Notes under the pieces: model-generated
Seen by the model: only the letters and a program-made list of their open reading frames with translations
Databases searched by the model: none
What the model was told of the DNA's origin: nothing
Shown here: one piece after another, positions 14,739 through 28,942 of the stretch
Numbering within the stretch: position 1 is the first letter of the stretch
Layout of the letters: each line of letters starts with the position of its first letter
Program-made: the position numbers and the translations under genes
Assembly: GCA_951406725.2 (NCBI GenBank)
Contig: OX597819.1
Coordinates: 32,240,001 to 32,304,000 of the forward strand
Length of the DNA stretch: 64,000 nt
DNA from: Octopus vulgaris
Lineage: Eukaryota
Reading direction: 5' to 3'

Positions 14739-15602
14739 CACTAACATAAGTATAATCATTGGGGATAGATACATGGAGGGAAACTCAGTTTCCTGAGCGC
14801 TTAACTTCTGTTTAACGGTAGAAATCTTCTTGTGATCGATCGATCTGCAAGAAAAAAGAAAAAAACAACAGTTATGGCAAGAAGTTCGCTTTGCAAACAT
14901 GCCATTTTCGTGTTCGATCTCTTTGCAGAATACCTTGAGCAAGTGTCTTCTACCAAAGGCCCGGGTTCGACCAAAGACATGTGAGTGCACTTCATTGACG
15001 GAAACTGAAAGAAGCACATCGTATATAGATTTATATATATTTTATAATATATGTTTTATGATATACTATTATTAATATCATTTATATATTAGATTTATAT
15101 ATATATATATATATATTTATATGTATATATAGAGCTTTTTTGTGATGTACAGATATTGTATATGTAGAATATATTTCTAAATATATATTATATATAAATA
15201 TATATATATATATTTAAACAAATATGTATGTATATTTATACACACACGCATACAGGTACACACACACATGCACATATCTATTAATCCTTGTTTTATGTTA
15301 TAATAAAAACTAGTATCTAAAATTGAAGGATTACTCAATAGATGTGGTAGTGAACAAATTTATTATTCTTTAATAAGAATCGTATTGACACATCTGCTGA
15401 CTAACAGCTCAACTACATTCTTTTATGAAACCTTATAGTCTGAAGATGACATACCTAAATATACACCCCCGATAACAAAGTTCTAAATAAATGATTAAAT
15501 TTTAGATAATGTTCATCTCCAATTTTATTTTTAAAAAATTCTTCATAACACCTTGCCATCACAACCTACCCTACAACCTAATTATCATTTAACAATCCTT
15601 GT

Positions 15603-15640
<38 letters not shown>

Positions 15641-15667
15641 GTATGTATATATATGTATGTATGTATA

Positions 15668-16050
15668 CTCTCTTTTACTTATTTCAGTCATTTGACTGTG
15701 GCCATGCTAAAGCACCGCCTTTAGTCGAGCAAATCGACCCCAGGACTTATTCTTTGTAAGCCTAGTACTTTTTCTATCGGTCTCTTTTGCCGAACCACTA
15801 AGTTACACGGACGTGAACACACCAGCATCGGTTGTGAAGCGATGTTGAGGGGACAAACACAGACACACAAACATATATATACATATATACGACAGGCTTC
15901 TTTCAGTTTCCGTCTACCAAACCCACTCATAAGGCTTTGGCCGGCCCGAGGCTATAGTAGAAGACACTTGCCCAAGTTGCCACGCAGTGGGACTGAACCC
16001 GGAACCATGTGGTTCGTAAGCAAGCTACTTACCACACAGCCACCCTACGC
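15668..16050 (-). mobile_element. Family-B SINE
   Basis: Near full-length reverse copy. Confidence 0.85.
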
Positions 16051-16187
16051 CTATGCCCTGTGTCGCTTACACACATACACACAGGCTCACATATTACTCA
16101 GCTCGCCCACACGTACATACTCACACACTCACTCCCATTCCTACATACACACTCACGCATACCATTCTCACATATACACGCGCGCGC

Positions 16188-16754
16188 TAGAGGAAATTCG
16201 TTCGGCCGGATCGCGAAATGTGTTTTCCCACGAAAGTTCCGGATCCCAGTAATGAACATCATTTGCATACAGCCAATCAGAGCTCACCTTGATCTTGTTG
16301 TCAAGTTAACAAACACACTCTACCGAACGAAGAACGATGCCTGATTTTAGAAGGAGACAAGTAATTAGATAGATTTGCATCTTTTCCTATTGTCTGATTT
16401 TGTTAGGGCCCCGTGTGGTAAAGATCTGGATGGGAAACGTGTGGGTAGAGGGTGATGTGTTAGTAACCCTCTCCCTTCACAGTTTTACGAAGTAAACAAC
16501 AACACAAATTACTAAGCAGAGGCATCCATGGCTGAAACAGGAACAAGATCAACAAGCATTCTTAAAAGAGAAAAGAAACATGGTCATTCCTTACCCGAGT
16601 AATCTTATCTTATCGCCCATCACTTGTTATGCGCTCATAAACTAGTTTGATAGCTGAGCTCTGACTGGATGTATGCAAATGAGGTCATAAGTGGGGGCAG
16701 GAACTCACGTGGGGAATAAAAAATTTCGCGGCCGGGTCCTCGTTTATCTCCCTA
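16188..16754. mobile_element. Old TIR element (~100-bp imperfect inverted ends, TAG...CTA termini)
   Basis: 16188-16286 aligns by eye to the reverse complement of 16655-16754, best over CATTTGCATACAGCCAATCAGAGCTCA; no TSD. Confidence 0.6.
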
Positions 16755-16868
16755 TCATCCAACCTCTTTCTTCTGGCTATTTCGTCATGTTGAACCGTTA
16801 TTCCCTACGAATTTTTCTTTCGCAGTTTTCTTTTTCATTCTTTTTCTCTCCCTTTTTTTACTCTTAAT

Positions 16869-16906
16869 TCTTTCTGTCGAAGAGCGTAGGCTTGAAACGT
16901 AAAAGA
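16869..16906 (+). ncRNA. Minimal type I hammerhead-like motif (variant core) in a PLE-type repeat
   Basis: Stem I TCTTT/AAAGA, CTGTCGA, A, stem II GAGC-GTAG-GCTT, GAAA, palindromic ACGT, GTA triplet; a related ~130-bp repeat lies at 22260-22380. Confidence 0.55.
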
Positions 16907-16992
16907 CTTTTCCATTTTTTCCCGAGCGTTAAACTAATACACCTGCTTGTTGTTCCTACATCTGTCCTCGTCTTTTGTTTTCTATAAATTTG

Positions 16993-17068
<76 letters not shown>

Positions 17069-17473
17069 TCTCGATCGGTGTTTTCGGGCGATTATAGTCC
17101 CTGGCCGCATATATGTATACAATTATGTTCTTTGACTACAGCATTAGAGCATTTTAGCACTTATTTCTAGCAATGTAGGTGTTTCTAACACCCTAGTTAT
17201 ATTTAGTGACAAACAATTATAGTATTCCGTTTTGGTAAAACATTACATACTACTGTCTATATTAATCTTATATATGTACAGCGCTTTCGTATATTACATT
17301 CGACTTTTAAGAAAGCTTTCGAATGTTTTACAAATTTAAATTTAAATTTTGCCGAGGTTAAATTTTTACTCATTTTTACTCAGTTTTCATATTTAAATTT
17401 TAAAATTATCATTTCAATTTTTTATATTTCTAAAATTTATATATTTACTAGCAGGTAAACCCGGTTCCAAATC

Positions 17474-17523
<50 letters not shown>

Positions 17524-17869
17524 ATCTCTTTCTCTCTCTCTCACCATCTACTTTTTTCTTTCTTCCACCACTTTTTTCTTCTTTTCCTTTCTCCTACCAT
17601 TTCTTATTCTCTGATTTTCTTTTCGTTTTCTTTCTTTAGCTTGTAACAACTAGGTCGTATGTTTGAAACACATACGGAGAAGTATTATGTACGTATATAT
17701 ATGTACGCCGATACCTATATACGCACTTGTATATATTTATATTTTGCCTGTATTTGTTTGGATATGTATGAAGACATGTACCAACGTTTGCTTGTTTAGT
17801 GTACATACTTACATATAGGTTTTTGACGGAGGTAAAGTATACGTACACCACCCGTTTTCGGCGTAACAA

Positions 17870-17870
<1 letters not shown>

Positions 17871-17902
<32 letters not shown>

Positions 17903-17925
17903 ATATTAACCTTAATCCTAACCCA
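17871..17925 (-). repeat. Interstitial degenerate (TTAGGG)n tract
   Basis: CCCTAA repeats on the + strand. Confidence 0.8.
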
Positions 17926-18806
17926 AAACACCGGGTGTCCGTATTCTTTGCTTTCGCCAGGTTTTTTTGGTATGTGTATTACTAAATGTATATGTATTTT
18001 TACGATGTCAGTTCTTTGTAAATGTTTTATTTTAAACGGACATATCTTTTTAATTTATTTAAATTTATTATTTTTTACCATTAATTAATTTACATTGGGT
18101 ATACAGGTTCTTTTCCTCAAATCACCATTTTAGTACCAGTAAAAAAAGGAAGATACGTATTTGAATTTTTCTTGTTATATATCAAATTTAAACACAGGCA
18201 TTTTTATTCTGATGTTTAATCTTATATCTCACATTCTGTATTTGACATATACTTGATATTACATAATTAATATATATATACTAAATTCATATTTATAATG
18301 TATAATCTATAAATTTTAATTCTTAATATTACAAAGTATAATTTTTATTTTTCATTCTTAATTTTTAATTCGTAATTTTTAATCTTTAATGCTTAATTGT
18401 ATTGCTTATTTATAAAGGGATGTAAAATTAGATATATAATATTTTGAAATAGAACCTGAAGATCTGTTGGAATAATTGTAAATCTGACGATTGCATATAT
18501 GTATTTATATAATGTATATATGTGGGTATACAGTTGTGTATATGTATATATATTGTAATCTTCCAATACTGCAACACATGTAGTTCCTTCATATTTAATA
18601 AATATAAGTATTAACTTAAGTATGATATAATTTATGAAGTACATCATATACCCAGCTGGAAATTTTGGTTATATCCTTTAAGTATTATTTCGGGATGTGG
18701 AAATTGATACCATGGGCTTACTGTCAATTATACACATTAGGTTATTTTCGTATTATCTGAAATAGAATACCCGCATATCGATTAATCCCCCAAAACTGAA
18801 TATTGA

Positions 18807-18850
<44 letters not shown>

Positions 18851-18855
<5 letters not shown>

Positions 18856-19107
18856 TAAATGAAATAAAACATATGCATATATATAAACATATATGTACGT
18901 ACCTACCTCTACATGTACATATACACGCATATATGAGTACAGGACACCAAAGGGACGTCGAACACAAAGAGAAACGAAAACATAGACACAAACCAAAGGA
19001 ACTGGACATTTTTTTAAAAACAACAAAAAAATAGAGTACAGGACAATTAACACAAAGAAAAAAACCCTTCTTCAGTCGCTATGGTTTCATCAACTCTACG
19101 TTTCGAA

Positions 19108-19109
<2 letters not shown>
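18851..19109 (-). mobile_element. Dispersed repeat in (TA)n context, probable PLE terminal-repeat fragment
   Basis: Near-identical copy at 28941-29196; minus strand has TCCTTC-GAAACGTA, the 3' half of a hammerhead. Confidence 0.55.
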
Positions 19110-19145
<36 letters not shown>

Positions 19146-19147
<2 letters not shown>

Positions 19148-19450
19148 TGATTGTCTACCCCTTATGCAGAGTCTGACCACCTACCTACACCTTAGATTCA
19201 TCATGGCGTCTAATGTGTCTTTTTAAACCAGACAATGTATTGAAAAGACACCCACATAGATTGCATATCCGATTTCAAGTTTGCAACATTTATCTTTTTC
19301 GCTTTCTTAGGACCAGGCTGTCGACTTTTTTGGGGGATTATCGAAAAATCCATTTTGCCACGCACTAGACGATTGTCAATCCACCTCTCTGCTCCTCTTA
19401 TGGCCCGAACTCTAGAAACAACTTTCACCCCTCCACATACACATGAAAGG
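19146..19450 (-). mobile_element. RTE-clade LINE 3' fragment
   Basis: Minus strand ICNLCGCLFNTLSGLKRHIRRHDESKV* (terminal C2H2), short 3' UTR, (TA)n tail. Confidence 0.65.
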
Positions 19451-19622
19451 AAAAAAGAGATGACAAAGGAATAACCGATTATTATATGAACTTCATAAGA
19501 TAATCGTTTATTCCTTTGCCATCTCTTTTTTCTTATTTCTGTTCTGTATTCGACAAATGCTTCGTTCAGAAGCATAGTATATTCAGTTCCACACCAGGGT
19601 TTTTGGATCGCAATGCCCATTC

Positions 19623-19715
<93 letters not shown>

Positions 19716-20389
19716 ACACACACGCACACACACACAGACACACAGACACACGCACACACACACTCACACACACACAGACATACACACAGACACACACACA
19801 GACACACACACACACACATACATACACACACACACACATACACGCACACACACAATATATGTATGTATGTATCTGTGTCCTTTGTGCTTGTTTCTGTGCC
19901 CCGTCAACGTTTGACAAGACAACCGGAGTTGGTTTATTTACGTCCCCGTAACTTATCGATTCGGCAAAGAGAGGCCGATAAAATGAGTATCAAGCTTCAA
20001 AAAAGTAAGTACTGAGGTCAATGTGTTCGACTAAACCTTTCAAGGCGGTGTCCTAGCATGGCCGCTGTCCAATGATCGAAATACGTAAAGCATAGAATAT
20101 TAATGATAAATATGATAAGACTAAGGCTTCTCAAGGTAATTAGTCTGGAATGCATAATAACATAAGTCTGCACGTCAATTAGATCTCGGGCTAATTTACA
20201 ACGTATTGAATTGTTAACTATTAGAGTCTTCCAAACTGCTTCGACAACGGAGACCTGAACGCCATTTAATCCCTTTACTAGGCTTTTATCTCCTACGTTT
20301 CCACTAAAATTTGAATTACTTCTCAATGTATACATGACGAAAAAATATGTCGGTATAAAGCTCTTTACTCTCTCTCTCTCTCTCTCTCT

Positions 20390-20788
20390 TACTCTTTTAC
20401 TTGTTTCAGTCATTTGACTGCGGCCATGCTGGAGCACCGCCTTCAGTCGAGCAACTCGACCCCGGGACTTATTCTTTTTGTAAGCCCAGTAATTATTCTA
20501 TCGGTCTCTTTTTGCCGAACCGCTAAGTTACGGGGACGCAAACACACCAGCATCGGTTGTCAAGCAATGCTAGGGGAACAAACACAAACACACACACATA
20601 CATATATATATATATACATATATACGACAGGCTTCTTTCAGTTTCCGTCTACCAAATCTACTCACAAGGCATTGATCGGCCCGGGGCTATAGCAGAAGAC
20701 ACTTGCCCAAGATGCCACGCAGTGGGACTGAACCCAGAACCATGTGGTTGGTTAGCAAGCTACTTACCACACAGCCACTCCTGCGCCT
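20390..20788 (-). mobile_element. Family-B SINE, full length
   Basis: Reverse copy including the GGCGCAGGAGTGGCTGTGTGG head. Confidence 0.88.
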
Positions 20789-21627
20789 TACTTTGTCTTA
20801 GCTGTGTATTTATGGAGGAGATTGAAGAGAGAGTGTGGTATTCATGCTTTCCTTTAAGGCGTTCAGACTACCACCAATGAAGTGAAACGATTTGCAATAG
20901 AGAAAGAAGAATGTAGAGCTTGGTTCTCTAACTTCGGTAACCCTAATATTTTATAACAGAAACACCTGAAATAAAATAAATACTACTGCTATTTAAAAAA
21001 AAATGTCTTGGAGAATAGAAATGCCTTTTTTATTTAAGTGATACGCCATCATACATATATACAGACAGACATAGGTACGTACAGCCTAGCTGTTAATTTA
21101 TAGACAAGCATGACAATCACTGACAAAGTAATGCCTGTGAAAAATGTTAGATTCAATAAGGCTTGTGCAACACCTCATAAACTCTCTCTACTGACACGAT
21201 CGAGAGACAAGCCGAGTTACAATATCCGGTGCCAATACGAGTCGCAGGCTCAGGAATATGGGAGGGCCATGATCTCAAGCACAAGCAGAAGAACCCTGAA
21301 ATGTCCAATGCCATTCCCTGCTGATCCAGTTTAATATCGCAGTGACCTTCTCCAAAATACATGCTTCAACAGTGGTCTTCCAGTAGGCCAGACACCAACC
21401 CGGAATTTATGAGTGCTCGTGTTTATGCTAGATAGTTGTGGAATCTACACTTGGTTTATCCGTCCTTTTGCCATGTCGTGTTTTTAGCCCTGCTGTGTCA
21501 ACTCACTTATGAAGTCTCTCATAAATGCTACTGATAACATGGCATCCAGTACAAACTGTTTCATGATCGGGCAGTCGGCGACTAAACCCATTCCGATCAG
21601 GTTAGCCTGGTGATTGAGGCGTGCTGC

Positions 21628-21658
<31 letters not shown>

Positions 21659-21697
21659 CATACATACATACATACATGACAGACACACAGACAGACA

Positions 21698-21734
<37 letters not shown>

Positions 21735-22157
21735 GAACGTACATGCATGTAAGTGAACTTAACTGTATTTCAATGATGAAGCTTTGTATCTTTGTTAGAA
21801 ACCAGATCCTTCTTTTACAGGAAACTTCAAATAATTAAGTACACATATTGCTTTCAAATTTTGGCACAAGGCCAGCATTTTCTGGGGCGGAATGAAGTCG
21901 ATTACATCAACCCCAATGCTCAACTGGTAGTTACTGAATCCACTGCGAAAAGATGAAAGGCAAGGTCAACCTCGGATTTATGCACACATTAATACTTACA
22001 TACATATGTGTATGTATGCATATATATGCATACACACACATATACGCACGCACATTCATATGAGTATGTCCGTATCTACATACATACAAACATGCATGCA
22101 TACATACATACATACATACATACATACATACATACATACATACATACATACATACAT

Positions 22158-22196
<39 letters not shown>

Positions 22197-22786
22197 CATA
22201 CATGATAGATCGTTAGCCACTACACACATTTTTTTCTCTCCTTGTTTTTTTTCTGTGTCCCTTTCTGTAGAAGAGTGTAAGCTCGAAATATAAAAGACTT
22301 TTTCTATTCCTGAGCGTTATACTAATACATCTGTTTGTTTTGTACACCACCTGTCTTCGACTTCTGTTTTTTTCGTAAACTATACATACATACATACATG
22401 CATACATACATACATACATACATACATACATACATACATACATACATACATACATGCATACATACATACATACATACATACATACATACATACATACATA
22501 CATACATACATACATACATACGTACGTACATACATAATCCAATGGAAAAGAAACATCATAATCCCGTGTCATCCCATGGGATTAATTACAGCAGCAGCAG
22601 TAACAGTAGCAGCAACCATAACAACAACAACAACAACAACATATAGACTATTAAGAGGGACACAATCTATGATGTGAAATAAATTAACGCAAGAGTTTAA
22701 AATATATAATTCAACACAAGACTGCTTTGTATGTGACTTAAATACCAAAATATTTTATGTTTAATCAATTTACTTCCTTTCTAATC

Positions 22787-23215
<429 letters not shown>

Positions 23216-23278
23216 GAGTTTCAAGTTCCCGCTCGTCGGACAGTTTTGTTTAGAATGTATTATATATACATACATACA

Positions 23279-23318
<40 letters not shown>

Positions 23319-23328
23319 TGTATGTATG

Positions 23329-23396
<68 letters not shown>

Positions 23397-23723
23397 ATAC
23401 TATTCCCGCTGCTGCTTGTTATCAGATCTAGCCGAAGTCTTGTGTTTGTCGCTTCTCAACTGTCTATAAAAACCAATAGAAATCCAACCTTGAATTGCAA
23501 CCCAACGCTGACTCAAGCAATCATCAAATAGTTAACCATCGTCATTACAGCTTGATTATCCGACCGGACTTCTATACCGGAAACACGCATCCACGCATGC
23601 ACGTCCGATCAGAGAGATACACGTAAATGAACTTTGTACATACATACATACATACATTCACACACACGCACAGAAACACATAGTTGCACAAACTTCAAAA
23701 TGAACGTGTCTATACACACGCAA

Positions 23724-23756
<33 letters not shown>

Positions 23757-23814
23757 TCGCTCTCTTACTCACTCACACACACAGACACACACAGACACAC
23801 ACAGACAGACAGAT

Positions 23815-23894
23815 AGATGGATGGGTTTATAGATAGATAGAAATAAATAAATAAAAATAGATAGATAGAGACAGACAGATAGACAGAGAGGCAA

Positions 23895-23935
<41 letters not shown>

Positions 23936-24012
23936 CGGATGGGTTTATAGATAGATAGATAGAAATAAAGAAAGATAGATAGATAGAGACAGACAGATAG
24001 ACAGACAGGCAA

Positions 24013-24085
<73 letters not shown>

Positions 24086-24146
24086 GACAGACAGATAGAC
24101 AGACATGCAGATAGATTGATAGAGAGAGAGAGGGGGAGAGAGAGAT

Positions 24147-24177
<31 letters not shown>

Positions 24178-24185
24178 TAGATAGA
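23815..24185. repeat. (GATA)n/(GACA)n compound microsatellite
   Basis: Direct reading. Confidence 0.95.
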
Positions 24186-24587
24186 AATACATGTGTTGAT
24201 ACACGAACATATAGCTGTATCCACAATACAAGCTTTACTCATGCAGACTCCACATGCAAACTGACACAGTTACACGCTTATCAGCATCCATTTGTACAGC
24301 GACGGATGTGTAGGCAATATGGCTGCATCCGAGCAGCCATAGTTATTGCTTGTTGGAAACTATATTAGATTATACATAAATCCTAACTTTATTGGTTTCT
24401 TTGATATTACTGGATAGCAGAATCGGAAGAGCGTCGGAAATATCTTGTACTGTTGTTGTTTGTTTTATTTTTATATAGTCAACAGAAAATGTCTTATTGG
24501 TGTGACCATCCCGTCTATTTTTTTTCCTTCTTTTTTTTTCTCCTGATATCCATCCCTCCAGCCATCCACACACACACAAACACACTC

Positions 24588-25813
24588 ACTATATGAGAAT
24601 ATATGTATGTTATTGTATGTGTGTGAGAGTGTGCGTGCGTGCGTGTGGTTGTGAATGTGAGTGTGTGCATCCGTGTGTGTGTGTGTGTGTTTTGTGTGTG
24701 TTTTGTGTGTGTGTGCGTGTGTGGGCGCGTGTGTATCTCCGTAAGGCTCTGAAACGGTGCGTCCTCGAGAGAAAAACGGATTTGATTTTCGAAATCTACG
24801 TTTCAATAACAATCCCCCACCCCACCCAAAAAATTATTTGATACGAGAAATAACTCAACCTTTAGATCGCTAAATCTCCTCTCTATTTCTTATATTTGTT
24901 TATTTGTCTCTCTCTGTCTTTTACACTTTCCCCGCACTATATTTATTTACGACACTCCCTCTTACTCTTTCTTCTCTAGATGTATCTCTATCACACATGT
25001 TGCTCTTTACTCTCTCTCTCTCCTCCTCTCTCCCCCCTCTCTCTCTCGATATGACGTAATTGCTTTCATTTTAGTTTAAATCTTCACCGCCGTAATGTTT
25101 GTTTTCATTTTGTGATAGACACAGCTATCACGCACAAAATGCTAGCTTCCAAATCCTGTTTTCTGATTGGGTAAAAATGATCAAACTTCAAACATCTATA
25201 ACATTTTTCTAAAACTTTTCTGGAATAAATGTATCAGAAAATCCAATTCAGCGTGAAAAATTACACCAGTATACCAAATTTGAAAATTATTTCACTGAAT
25301 TTTCAAATTTCAAAATCTGTGACAGCAACAGAAAAAGACCCCTATCTCTATTTGTCTTTCGCCGAGCATTGGATTCATCGATTAGGTGATAAGCGCACAA
25401 GAGCCTTTGTCGCACAAACTCGGAAGACGATATCCAATTTCAATTCAAACGACTTCAATTTCCAGTGAGTCTTAGTTTGCCATGACCATTAACAAATCGC
25501 AAGGGCAAACATTTTTAGTTTGTGGTTTATATCTTGAAGAACCCTGCTTCACCCATGGCCAACTTTACTTTGGATGTTCACGAGTAGGATGTTAGGGAAA
25601 TCTTTACATCTATGCACCAAATAGTAAAACACAAAAACTTCGTTTATCGACTCATTATAAAATTTCCCCAAATAATGCAGGAATCCATCTGATTAAGAGG
25701 CTTATCAGTCGGGGAAGACGTGGGCTGATATAGAATAAAATTTTAAAAAAATTGAAATAAAGGCAAACATTCTATTGTGAAAATTGTCTGGCAACGACGG
25801 GCTACTCAACTAG
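24588..25813 (+). mobile_element. Internally deleted Helitron (5' boundary uncertain)
   Basis: 25438-25630 encodes FQFKRLQFPVSLS/AMTINKSQGQT...EEPCFTHGQLYFGCSRVG (Pif1-like helicase motifs, one frameshift, one stop); 3' end GGCAACGACGGG...CTAG followed by T. Confidence 0.85.
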
Positions 25814-26198
25814 TAGTTCTTTTATCTGTTTCAGCCCAAAGGCTGTGACCATGCGCGAACACCGACAGTGTAATCACATTTTCAGAGGTCATTCTTATGT
25901 GATTAGCTTTTGGCAAATAGGGAGTTTGACACAGAGCTTCCCTTTTCTGAGTTTCTTGCCGTGATATAGGTTAATCTGGGACCTTGAGCAGTCAGGAGAT
26001 CAAATTGTTTCTTTAAAACATCTACCCACTACTCCATGAAGATCCCTCAGATATTTTGGCATATATGTATGGATAGATGTATGTATGTATGTATGTATGT
26101 ATGTATGTATGCATGCATGCATGCATGTATGTATGTATGTATGTATGTATGTATGTATGTATGTATGTATGTATGTATATATATATGTATACATATAC

Positions 26199-26302
<104 letters not shown>

Positions 26303-27600
26303 AGCAGCTGGCAATATAGATAACTCATTGGACATGCTGGTTGGAAGCATATAGCCTTTTAAATTCTGGAGGTATGTGTAAAGTTTGGTTAGTTTGGTGG
26401 TGGAAAGACCGAATCAAAAAGAAGTCTCTTTTCTAAGAAGGAAAGAAAAATTGTCTTTTCTTTTATTATTCCTTCCACGGCCGAAGGGATTCAGCTATAC
26501 CTGCGTACATTTTTTTCCGTTCTTTAACCCGCAAATGAGGAAATATCACGTTTTCAGAACGAATTTTTTGTCAAGAGGAGAGCGGTTAAAATTTTCACAT
26601 TCTGAGTTCAAGAAGGTACACAGATCGTCCGAATTTTCAAAGGAATATTTTCCTCTCGGTCAAATAAGTTTATACCGTCTGCTTTCGTTGAGGTAAAGCG
26701 CAGATTCTTTCAGCAGCTTCCAGTTAATTATGTATGGCATCCCGTCTTCTTCTGTTCTATAATAAAGTACTGGGATGAAAATTTCTGTATTCTGACAGAA
26801 ATCGTTCTGACCAAAATATTTCACTGATGATATTTTATATCATCTAGTTAACATACTATATCCATCGCTCACTGACAAATTTATGTATTACCTTATTAGC
26901 ACATTATATCCTCTCCTTTATTGAAGATGTGGTGTATCCCTAGATCTGTTTGTTCACTGACGATATTGAATATCTCCTTATTACATATCATAACCACTTG
27001 CTAACTAGCAATGTTGTATGTCATCCTTTAGTCTCCTCAGTCCTTACTAGACCGGCTTCTACTTACCTGAACCAGCAAAATCTGTACCTCCATTTCACTC
27101 CCGTCACAATCTCATCTGTTTCGTCCATTTCAGATCATAACAGGCTTATCGGCAATGGACGCTTCCGATTGGCTAAAATTGTCAAACTTTAAAGACCGGT
27201 AACTTTTTTACTATTAATTTCTACAGAAAATAAAATGGAGTTTTCGCCATCAGCATGCACAGCTACATCAGCGTAGAATATTTGAAAAACTTCTGTGGGC
27301 AGGAAAAATTTTTTAAAGACACTCATGACGTCATTCATATTGTGTTCAACCTCCATAAACACTGCATTAATCACAATGATTTTTTCATCTTCTCCAAATC
27401 TGTATCCCTCCAGACCTCCTTGTCCACCATTCTCTGATAGAAAAAAAACAAAAAACAAAAAAACAAACAAACATAATTATAACCAGAACATTAACTTCAT
27501 CAACTTCACCAGTTCGCAATTTTCCGTAAAGGCTATAAGCTCTGCTGCAACCATCTGAAGTGTAAGTAAACATCTAATGCTATTTGACAATACCGAATAC

Positions 27601-28021
27601 GGCAATCTTTCGTCTCTAGTAGACCTTTCCGTCGATTTCCGTAAAATTTTTTTTTTTTTTTTTACATATGGGCTTGCGGGAACTTTTGAAGTAATGAGAG
27701 CGAAAGAGACTAAGAGAAAGCGATTGTATGACGAGGAAATTCTTTTGAAGTTACCGTGCATGGGAAGCATTGATGTACATGTGTGTGTGTGTGTTTGATG
27801 GGGCGTGGGAGACAGCAGTATGTTGTGTAAGTGAAATGCTTCTGTTAGTATGTGTGAAGAGACAGAGTAATGTGTGAAAGAAAGAGATAACTGAAATTTT
27901 TTACTCGGTGTATGTGTATATGTATGTATATTACTTCAAAAGTTCCCGCAAGCCCATATGTAAAAAAAAGAATTTTTTTACGGAAATCGACGGAAAGGTC
28001 TACTAGAGACGAAAGATCGCC
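27601..28021. mobile_element. MITE family M2 (GG termini, ~95-bp TIRs)
   Basis: GGCAATCTTTCGTCTCTAGTAGACCTTTCC... is mirrored at the right end; 8-bp TSD CCGAATAC/CTGAATAC (one mismatch). Confidence 0.9.
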
Positions 28022-28199
28022 CTGAATACAATATATTAAAGTGACAAATATAATTGATTACATTTATTATTGTAAAAATTCTAATTTCGCCTCTTGAAAG
28101 AAAAAAAGAAGGCATTATAAACGATATAACATTAAACAATGCGGCCAGTAAATACAATATAAGCAATAACAATTCTTTAGAGGAGCACATCTAGCAGGG

Positions 28200-28282
28200 A
28201 GCACGATGGCCGAGTGGTTAAGGCGTTGGACTTAAGTTCCAATGGACAATTGTCCGCGTGGGTTCGAACCCCACTCGTGCTA
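28200..28282 (+). tRNA. tRNA-Leu-TAA: tRNA-Leu(UAA), intact
   Basis: Full cloverleaf: AGCACGA/TCGTGCT acceptor, GCC/GGC D stem, TTGGA-CTTAAGT-TCCAA, long variable arm GGACA/TGTCC, GTGGG-TTCGAAC-CCCAC, A discriminator, downstream oligo-T. Confidence 0.97.
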
Positions 28283-28582
28283 CGAAACTTCTGTGTTTTT
28301 GTTTCTTTTTTTTCAATTTCTGAGTGTGTTTATTAATTTGTATGTCTTATAAAACCGTGTCTGAAGCTACTTTACTCTTTTACTTGTTTCAGTCATTTGA
28401 CTGCGACTATGCTGGAGCACCGCTTTAAAAGGTTTTAGTCGAAGAAATCATCCCCAAGATTTATTTTTAAGCCTAGCATTTATTCTATCGGTCTCTTTTG
28501 CCGAGCCTCTAGACACTTGTCCATGATGACACGCAGTGGCACTGAGCCCAAAATAGGCTTCTCACCACAGAACCACGCCTGT

Positions 28583-28612
<30 letters not shown>

Positions 28613-28620
<8 letters not shown>

Positions 28621-28884
28621 ATCACGTGACCGACCAGTCCATCAGATGTAGTTACACATCGCTGGTCACAATGCGTTCGCATTGTTTTAGCCTTCGAATG
28701 ACGCCACTCCGCTGGCTTAGCGAGCAGGCCAACAGAAGAAAGAGTGGTGAAAGAGTACAGCAGGGATCACGACCCCCTGCCGGAGCCTCGTGGAGCTTTT
28801 AGGTGTTTTCGCTCAATAAACACTCACAACGCCCGGTCTGGGAATCGAAACCGCGATCCTACGACCGCGAGTCCGATGCCCTAA

Positions 28885-28887
<3 letters not shown>
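28613..28887 (-). mobile_element. Family-C SINE head with an alternative tail
   Basis: 28744-28885 matches 14574-14720; the distal part is unrelated to the 14362 copy. Confidence 0.75.

Positions 28888-28940
<53 letters not shown>

Positions 28941-28942
<2 letters not shown>

Noticed and set aside
17871-17925. True telomere or chromosome fusion site
   Set aside because: Short, degenerate, single orientation; similar tracts are carried by MITEs in this window
27189-27560. Additional minus-strand exons around a 50-nt GT-AG gap
   Set aside because: The intron would be very short, the frame is ambiguous on both strands, and no homology is recognisable
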